A stretch of 63,904 nucleotides of DNA, the filler included, from Stramenopiles sp. TOSAG23-2 (Eukaryota): NCBI GenBank assembly GCA_900128395.1. It is 3 parts of 3 records of this genome, joined end to end, with 100 filler letters (N's around TTAATTAATTAA, not from the genome) between each part and the next. Parts side by side here need not be neighbours in the genome. Positions count along the whole stretch, not along the records: positions 44,334 to 63,904 come from LT649577.1; 2 more parts are not named here. One strand, written 5' to 3'. The number at the start of each line of letters is the position of its first letter. Positions within the stretch are counted from its first letter, which is position 1. The translations under genes were made by a program, and so were the position numbers. Below, one piece after another: positions 56,497 through 63,904 of this stretch. The notes beneath the pieces were generated by a model. It was not told the DNA's origin and ran no database searches. It saw only the letters and a program-made list of their open reading frames with translations.

Positions 56497-57465
56497 ATGG
56501 ATTCTTCTGCAGACGATATGGAAGCACAAACTACGGAGGATGAATTGACTGCTTTAAAAGAAATAGTGCAACAATCTCTTGAGAGTCAAGGGGTTTTATC
56601 CAGGATTAGGGCTGAACTACGTGCTGCTGTGTTTACAACTATTGATGCGGAAGAGAAGAAAGTCCAACAATTTGCAAATCAAAAAGTTTTACAGTTTGCC
56701 AAGTCTAAAAATATGCAGATGGCAAGTACACTTTTTCTAGACTTTTTGGATACCTTGAATCTCCAGTCAACAAAATCTGTTTTTCAACCAGAAATAATAA
56801 TTGATAATGATTTATCACGAGACGAAGTTGCAAAGGAATTAGGAATTCGGAATTATTCAGACGGTGTCCCGCTAATTTTTAGTCTATTAGATAGTAAAGA
56901 CGAAGGAACAGGAAAGTTGTTGCCAAAAAGTATTGAAAATAGCGAATCGCCAAAAAAATCACAACTGTCATCTTTGAATACTAGTAAATCTCCGAATACA
57001 AAATTGAATCAATTGGATAATGAATTGCAAGCTTTGATTGATAATGATAAAAGTGGCAAAGTCAAAAATCTGGCAAAAGTAGTCGGCGGTCCAGGTAGTG
57101 CAAGTAATAGTTACAGTAAGGAAATTGATAATAGTAATGAGAATGATAATAATAATAGTAATAAATATGATGATGATTATGGGGAAGATGGTTTTGAGGA
57201 TGCGGAGGAAATTGAAGACGATATATCTTTAGGGCAAGTTGAGGAAGAAAGTTTGGATTTAGATCAATCATTATCATTAGGCGAATCAAGTGGATTTCTG
57301 TCAATGAGTGGAGGTGGAGGCAATAAAGGTTCATATGATAAAGAGGAACTTAGTATGAGTACAAGTATAGTACAAGATAGTATTGAATTGAGTGTCCAAA
57401 ATTCCCGTGCCTTGGATGAGTATGATTTTGTTGAAGTGGTGCAAAAACCAACAAATTCAGATTAA
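56497..57465 (+). CDS. CEP43: Centrosomal protein FOP/FGFR1OP (CEP43)-like
   Basis: ELTALKEIVQQSLESQGVLSRIRAELRAAVF, LisH-like LFLDFLDTLNLQSTKSVFQPE, acidic tail ending EYDFVEVV. Confidence 0.8.
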   Translation: MDSSADDMEAQTTEDELTALKEIVQQSLESQGVLSRIRAELRAAVFTTIDAEEKKVQQFANQKVLQFAKSKNMQMASTLFLDFLDTLNLQSTKSVFQPEIIIDNDLSRDEVAKELGIRNYSDGVPLIFSLLDSKDEGTGKLLPKSIENSESPKKSQLSSLNTSKSPNTKLNQLDNELQALIDNDKSGKVKNLAKVVGGPGSASNSYSKEIDNSNENDNNNSNKYDDDYGEDGFEDAEEIEDDISLGQVEEESLDLDQSLSLGESSGFLSMSGGGGNKGSYDKEELSMSTSIVQDSIELSVQNSRALDEYDFVEVVQKPTNSD

Positions 57466-57732
57466 AAAAAATATATATATATTACGAGTGAAGTAAAATT
57501 ATACTCCTTAAAATAGTACTCGTACGAGCCGTATTAAATATTCTCTCATGTGTGTAACGAAAATTTTTATATCACACATCATATATATATATAAATATAT
57601 TAATATATATATTAATATATACTTCGTATATATATACTGCTGTACACATGATTTAATAAATTTTACTTTCCCTACGTACGAACCGCCGTACAAAGCTTCT
57701 TACTTCGTATCATATGATGCTCAATACTCTAT

Positions 57733-59487
57733 CTATTTCGTACCATGCAATGTCGAGCTCTCATCTATGCTTGATCGAGGACTATTTTTCGGCGTTACTT
57801 CTAGGCTCGGTATCTCAATTTCTAACTTTGAGACATCGATAGCGACAATATTTCGATTCCTATTTTTTTGTTTTACAAAATTTCTTTTTACTTTACGATT
57901 GTACCCCTCTTTGATTTCTTCTTCTAAATTTATTTCTTCTTCATCATCATCCGATACATCGTCATAATCGTTGATGTTGGCATATTTTTTTGAATTTCTA
58001 GAACAAAATAACGCTTTAAACGGCTTCGGGCATAGATTTTGAAAAATTGATAACATGTTTTCAACTATATTTTTTCTTCTATCGTAGCTTTTATAAACGT
58101 TACCACATGTTACAAAAATAAACGCAAACAGAAGTCCAAGAAAACATGTCAACGCTATGTTTACAGTTGAAATTATTGTATCATTACTACTACATCCAAT
58201 AGCCAACTTGGGTTGATCATTGCCTTCTATAATTTCATCATGAATACATATTGTAGAAGTTACTTCCCTTTCGCATACGAAATGTTTCCCACATTCATCG
58301 GATGGAAATGAGTTTAATTCATCATTTAAAATGAATGCAGAGCTGCCACCACCATCTAAATTAATAGCTTCAATGAATCCTAGATCAATTAATATATCCG
58401 CCAAGGAAATTAAATCAATTCCACGTTTTAAACCATTAGGTACATATTCTCGTCCATGTAATCCGTCTATTTGATAAATTAATAATTCTCCATATTTATT
58501 ATAACCAACCACCGAGCGCGCGGCAAAGGTATCCACAAAACTTTGCTTGTTGTTTTCCATTAAATGTTTAGAGGTTTGTTGGGTCTCGGGGGTTTCGATG
58601 TTGGCTGATTCCATTACAAAATTTGTGCCGTTGCGCACGAGCCAAATGACACCCGATACAAGTTGATTGAATTTTTCATTTTTTACATTATGAAGTATTT
58701 CGTCTTCATTCACATAACCAATTACGAATTTCCCATTACGAACACCAAAATTCGCATTTATAGCCTTAGATGTTTGTATATATTTTCCTTCACTAACTAA
58801 ATTTCCTAAACAATCACAGTTACCCATGGTACTATTGCATAAACGACTAGTTCCATTTATTTTTACATGCCGCATGAAAAATCCTGCATTAATAGCTACC
58901 TTACAACCAACACTTCTCTTATTATTATTAACACTAAAATATTTATTATTAATTGCTCGTCCTCTATTTTTAGCTGTATTGGATACCTTGCTTAATGTGC
59001 CACATCCACTGGTAGGGGGCAGAACAGATACATGCTTCCTTGGATTTTTTACAGTAGTGAACCTTCCGTTTATATATGAGGATTGCCAATCTTGGCAACT
59101 TTTTATTGGACTTGGACATAGTTTATGGCCAACATTTTGAACCCAAATATCAACAAGACCATCCTGATTATTACCACCATTGTTATTACCTTTATTTGCA
59201 ATGTCAATAGTATTGAACGTGTTATTCATTGGTTCCTTACCGGCAACACCATCAATTCCATTTAATTTTCTTCTTATGTCCTCTATATGCATAGTTCCAC
59301 CCCATGTATTTGCACCAGCATATGGATTTAAGTTATAATGTCGTCGCCTTTGATGCTTTCCATAACACTGTTTTTGAAAAAATAAGGCAAAGCATATGGA
59401 AAAAAAGATGATGAAAGCATTAGATGAAGCAAGAAGATATGAAACATAAGATGAAAAATTCGATATTTGTTTCCGTTTATATTTCAT
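57733..59487 (-). CDS. NAGPA: N-acetylglucosamine-1-phosphodiester alpha-N-acetylglucosaminidase (uncovering enzyme)-like membrane protein
   Basis: CKVAINAGFF, CLGNLVSEG, NANFGVR, QLVSGVIWLVRNG, ARSVVG, AINLDGGGSS, CEREVTSTICIH; C-terminal TM and acidic tail. First ATG at 59487. Confidence 0.88.
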   Translation of the reverse strand: MKYKRKQISNFSSYVSYLLASSNAFIIFFSICFALFFQKQCYGKHQRRRHYNLNPYAGANTWGGTMHIEDIRRKLNGIDGVAGKEPMNNTFNTIDIANKGNNNGGNNQDGLVDIWVQNVGHKLCPSPIKSCQDWQSSYINGRFTTVKNPRKHVSVLPPTSGCGTLSKVSNTAKNRGRAINNKYFSVNNNKRSVGCKVAINAGFFMRHVKINGTSRLCNSTMGNCDCLGNLVSEGKYIQTSKAINANFGVRNGKFVIGYVNEDEILHNVKNEKFNQLVSGVIWLVRNGTNFVMESANIETPETQQTSKHLMENNKQSFVDTFAARSVVGYNKYGELLIYQIDGLHGREYVPNGLKRGIDLISLADILIDLGFIEAINLDGGGSSAFILNDELNSFPSDECGKHFVCEREVTSTICIHDEIIEGNDQPKLAIGCSSNDTIISTVNIALTCFLGLLFAFIFVTCGNVYKSYDRRKNIVENMLSIFQNLCPKPFKALFCSRNSKKYANINDYDDVSDDDEEEINLEEEIKEGYNRKVKRNFVKQKNRNRNIVAIDVSKLEIEIPSLEVTPKNSPRSSIDESSTLHGTK

Positions 59488-60321
59488 GATTCTGACACAT
59501 ATCAAAACGCTGATTTTCCAATGATATTATTCTTATCTAATGAATACGTATGAGCAATATCTAATGAATGGTTTTATCCCATACATCTATATGCCTCATC
59601 CTATATATATTATGTTAAATTATCTCAGCTCAACCATTTTATTTTTTTATTTATTACTTACGAATTTATATCTCTTATTATTGAACAACTTATTCTTCTT
59701 CTGTAATAATCGTGTAATATTATACATCTGTATATAGGCATATGCTACTGTATACTTGTTCCTATAAATGAATTATTATAAATTTTAAATTAAAATTATT
59801 AAAATACTGTACTAAGAGTATACAGTAGCTAGCGACACTATCTAACAGCTACACACTACACTACACACAGATGAAATATTGTGATGAATAATATTTTAAC
59901 ACTGGAATAGTAGACGACACATCCAGACGACATGTAATAATATAGCTACAGTACAGTATATGTATAATATAATCCACGGACGGGAGGAGATGTGTGCTCA
60001 ACACCACACATCAAGAAGTTTTTTTTGTCCGATTTCTTTTTGGTATTAGTTGCTATATACCTGGTAGACTAAAATAACAATAACAATAGCAATAATAATT
60101 GTTGTTGATGATAAAATTTATTATAAAAATAATAAATTAGCACATTATTGCACTATTATTATTATTAATATTTATTATTAAAGAAATAAATAGATACTGT
60201 CATCTGTAGAGAGATAGAGAGATTAATATCATATCCCATTTATTGATTCATTCAGTCATTACATACATATATAATCATTATAGTAATATTATAATACATA
60301 CAATAGCCACAATTATCAAGT

Positions 60322-60771
60322 ATGAAAGTTGTGTCATTTTTATTAGTGTTAATTGCTCTACTATTTGTTGCACAAAATGTTGTTGCACAAAAAGAGCAAA
60401 CTTTGGACCGTGAAACCATCGAGTGGATATTACAAAATATCGATGCAGAGTGTAAAGAAGAGATGCAGAATGCTATGGCAAACCAAGGAGACCTTAGCGA
60501 TAAATGTAAATTTACAATTCAAAAAATGATGATGGATAAGCAATCAGGAACTTCAAGTACACAAGCAAACGCTGAGCCTATCAATATCGTATCAGACCCA
60601 ATCACACACGTCTTTATATTTTTAGGGATACTCTTTGCTGGTTTAGGCTTTTACTCATATTATGCATATGATGCAAAACAAAAGGCTGGTCTCTTCAAAA
60701 AGAAAGACATCTCAAAAAAAGGTAAAAAATGGCAAAAAAGAAACAAAGTACCAGTTAGCATTGGGGATTAA
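60322..60771 (+). CDS. Small type I membrane protein of unknown function
   Basis: Signal peptide MKVVSFLLVLIALLFVAQNVVA, two Cys in the ectodomain, TM VFIFLGILFAGLGFYSYY, basic tail. Confidence 0.8.
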   Translation: MKVVSFLLVLIALLFVAQNVVAQKEQTLDRETIEWILQNIDAECKEEMQNAMANQGDLSDKCKFTIQKMMMDKQSGTSSTQANAEPINIVSDPITHVFIFLGILFAGLGFYSYYAYDAKQKAGLFKKKDISKKGKKWQKRNKVPVSIGD

Positions 60772-61588
60772 ATAAAAATACAAGATGAATTGCATAAAAT
60801 AAGTAAAAAAGATGTATATGACATGTGAATATATATTATACGAAAGCGTTCGTAGTATGATAATTGTTTTTCGTAAAAAATACGAGTAAAAAAATACAAA
60901 TATTATGACCAAATTAATATACGCGAGAGTATATATATTTAAAATGATGTTTAAAATCTATAACAAGATAACAAAAGTACGTTCGTACGCGGTATTTTTT
61001 GAATTTTTATTTCTACTCGTGATAATTCCTACTCTCAAAAAGAATAGCTTAACCAGAGCCAATATGGTATATTTTTAGTTTTCATGTTCATGAAAAAGGG
61101 GAAAAAAAAAATTTGTAGAGAGAGTTTAGTTCTATGCATATGCATACACACACAATTTTATAAAAAATCATTATAAATATAATTAAAATAAGAGAAATTT
61201 TAAAATTAATATCTATCTCACAATATGTATCAATAACTCCAATAACAGGAATTACCGATGAGGTAAATATAAGATGTTATCAAAAAACTTTCCGTTGATT
61301 AAAAAAAGGCATATTATGATATATATGAAGAGAGGGCGGGGAATAAATTGTACTATGATAGGGTATAATTCATTGTACTCTTCGCCAAATGAACATTTCA
61401 ATGCATCAAGATCAGTATAGGCGCACGTCTTAACAACCGCTGTCTGAATATCTCTACATGTGGTTATATATATATTCACACCCATACTTCGGTAATATGC
61501 ATCAATATGATGCACCTCTTTTTAGATTTTAACCATCTTTATATGTATACGTATGGTCATCAAATTTTACTGCATGTTGCGCCTGCTT

Positions 61589-63904
61589 TTATATACAATT
61601 TTCGACGCCATACGATGATGATGCATCAATACCCCAATTTGAATCGAAAAATCCTAGGGAGACAAAACCACCTAAACCTTTTGCATCCGTATCTGGTCCC
61701 GTGACGATAAAATCTGGTATTTGGTTTGAAAAAGGGGATCGCATCATTGGCGGGATAGTCGGTTCAGCTAATCTCAATGCGATTCTTAGACCTTCTGTAT
61801 CAGTTCCGGCAACTAGGAGAATCAATCCGATACTATTATTACCATCTTCCCCGTTCTCAAAAGGCAAAACTGTAATCACGCCATGGCCTGGCTGATCAAA
61901 TTTACATTTTCCTAAATAAAAAAAGGATCCTTCAAAAAAAACTGGTAATTTGAATTTACTCTCCTTATAAAACCTTTCGCTAATATCGTTAACATCTGGT
62001 CCACCCACTAAAATCATATTTAACATCTTCCTTTTCACATATTTAAAATAAAAGATATTCGAAACTTCAAAATCTCGATATAATATGGTGCGTGTATCCG
62101 TCGAAGCATAGTGAAGATTTGCTATATAACGTCCCCCAGTCTCTAAAAGGTTGTTATTTACATTTTTCGTTTTAGTGGCATTGGTACCGACGATTACAAT
62201 AAATGGAGATGCAAATACTTGCCGTGCTGGGCCATATGTTGAAGGTGCTCGCTCGCCAAAAGTGCTAATGGATGTACAGTTTACCCACATGTAAATAATA
62301 TTGTTATTACTATTGATATCACTGTTGGCAGAATCATAATAATCATTATAATTATTTCCAGTTTCCACATCATAACTATAGAATTGTTTATAGCATAAAT
62401 CTAGAAAACCCTGGTGTTGTACATTAATTTTGATATATTTTTCATTATCATCAATGGAGATCTTTATCGATTCATTTTTTCCTTCTGTTTCCCCAAATGC
62501 AAAATATCTTTCAAGAGACTCAAGTTTCACACGTAGTTTTTTTACATTTTCAGTTTTTATTTGTAGTAATACAGCTTTCTTGCTTTTGTTTTTATTTCTA
62601 TCGATCAGTTCTTTTTTTTCTATATGAACGCGCGACATACGATATGATATAATTTGCTGTATAACTTGAAAACCACCTCGACCCTCTGAACTCGCAGGGT
62701 TAGAAACAGTATGGATAATTTTCTGAGGAAAGCGTGGGAGTGGTTGTAACCCATCCTGTATTATCGATTTGTAAAATTGTCTCATTTTTTCGTCATTCAT
62801 TACTCCGCCATCGTTTGGATACAGTGTGTCCCAAAACCAATGTGATTTTCCCTTAACCTCATCATATATAACAGTAGTACTTCCATGTTCCTTGATCAGT
62901 CTAAACATTTTACGAGAATACCAAGGGGGTACAGAAAAATCATTTTCACCAACGCGAATCAATATTGGCAATCCAACAAAATTGCTAGAATACAAATCTA
63001 TGCTATACTCCGAAAATGTTGCTTCAACAATATTTTTCATGGCTGCATCGATATATGAATGCCCTATATCATGTAATAAAAATCTGTTACTGTCCCCGTA
63101 CGCCTCTTTTCGAACCCAGCCAGCTATTGAAACCATGCCAATGGCGCGATCTGTATCTCGTGCTAATAATACCCATGATCCATGCCCACCCATTGAATGC
63201 CCTTCATATAAGACCCTATTGATATCTATCCCGGGTAAAGTTGGTACATTTTCAGAAAGTATGGACGGCAATGCTTTTAATGCTCGAATTGCTGCTAAGT
63301 AGCCAGTATATTCCCAATTATGCGCCCCACCTCTAGTTGCAGCAATTAACCATGCATTCTCAACACCAAAAATATATGGTGTTGAATCTGTTGAATCACG
63401 ATCCTTATATTTAAACGAATCTGCCGACATTTGAACATCAACGCCCGTGCCATGTAATGATAGGATAGTCGGACACGGTGTTCCCAAGGAGCTACTACTA
63501 TACGCGCATTCTATATTTTTTTTATCAACACGACGCGGTTTCAAGGGTGCTATAGCAGCAGCGATTGAGACAGAACCATCATGATCTTCGTATGAAAATA
63601 GAAATGATTCATTTTTCAAGCGACATCGAAGTGAGATGTCTACAGGTTTCGTTTTCAAATTTTGATTTATTGAATCATATCCAACGATAGAAAATGAGAC
63701 TGGGCAGTCCTTCCGCTTTATTGTGCCCATTAATTTGATCGTCAAAGGTAAAGCTGTGGTTTGCGATGGTCCAACATGACTTGTAATAAAATCAATATTA
63801 TGAATATCATTTTTCAAGATATCAATTTGTGTCGAGGATGTCTTGAAAATGATATCTCTTCCTTTATTACCATGATTTACAGTTGGTATTGCTATTAAGG
63901 AACC
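61589..63904 (-). CDS. Alpha/beta-hydrolase (S9/esterase-like), 5' end beyond the window
   Basis: LSLHGTGV, nucleophile elbow GHSMGG, Asp (VGENDFSVP), His (KSHWFWD). The frame stays open from 63817 to the window edge. Confidence 0.85.
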   Translation of the reverse strand, partial: GSLIAIPTVNHGNKGRDIIFKTSSTQIDILKNDIHNIDFITSHVGPSQTTALPLTIKLMGTIKRKDCPVSFSIVGYDSINQNLKTKPVDISLRCRLKNESFLFSYEDHDGSVSIAAAIAPLKPRRVDKKNIECAYSSSSLGTPCPTILSLHGTGVDVQMSADSFKYKDRDSTDSTPYIFGVENAWLIAATRGGAHNWEYTGYLAAIRALKALPSILSENVPTLPGIDINRVLYEGHSMGGHGSWVLLARDTDRAIGMVSIAGWVRKEAYGDSNRFLLHDIGHSYIDAAMKNIVEATFSEYSIDLYSSNFVGLPILIRVGENDFSVPPWYSRKMFRLIKEHGSTTVIYDEVKGKSHWFWDTLYPNDGGVMNDEKMRQFYKSIIQDGLQPLPRFPQKIIHTVSNPASSEGRGGFQVIQQIISYRMSRVHIEKKELIDRNKNKSKKAVLLQIKTENVKKLRVKLESLERYFAFGETEGKNESIKISIDDNEKYIKINVQHQGFLDLCYKQFYSYDVETGNNYNDYYDSANSDINSNNNIIYMWVNCTSISTFGERAPSTYGPARQVFASPFIVIVGTNATKTKNVNNNLLETGGRYIANLHYASTDTRTILYRDFEVSNIFYFKYVKRKMLNMILVGGPDVNDISERFYKESKFKLPVFFEGSFFYLGKCKFDQPGHGVITVLPFENGEDGNNSIGLILLVAGTDTEGLRIALRLAEPTIPPMMRSPFSNQIPDFIVTGPDTDAKGLGGFVSLGFFDSNWGIDASSSYGVENCI

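Overview
AT-rich eukaryotic nuclear DNA, not prokaryotic. It has GT-AG introns with CTAAC branch points, poly-Asn tracts and TA/TG microsatellites. The window is three assembly contigs joined by artificial 100-bp spacers (44 N + TTAATTAATTAA + 44 N at 22146-22245 and 44234-44333), so adjacency across those points means nothing. Flagellar/centriolar genes (SPEF1, a PGP-repeat protein, CEP43/FOP) and a plant-type NBP35 suggest a flagellated protist, plausibly a stramenopile (inference). About 27 compact, mostly intron-poor genes lie largely head-to-head or tail-to-tail. They include an EF-hand protein, PhyH dioxygenase, sterol reductase, C2H2-Myb factor, ABCC transporter, LSm2, RBR ligase, ankyrin-U-box protein, GT11-LicD fusion, NBP35, RPS7, HTTM protein, Atg22-like transporter, cytidine deaminase-like protein, SNARE, NAGPA and an alpha/beta hydrolase. 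No rRNA, tRNA, CRISPR or transposase gene was recognised. The strongest leads are: (1) an Atg22/MFS transporter with a large glycosylated ectodomain and a cytosolic HMG-box plus IQ tail; (2) an SP-RING + SIM + RBR protein that may combine SUMO and ubiquitin ligase functions; (3) two GC-rich, foldable non-coding elements flanking an orphan ORF; (4) an in-frame TGA inside an otherwise intact membrane-protein gene; (5) recurrent motifs marking 3' ends versus promoters. Family calls come from motif recognition by eye; no database search was run.
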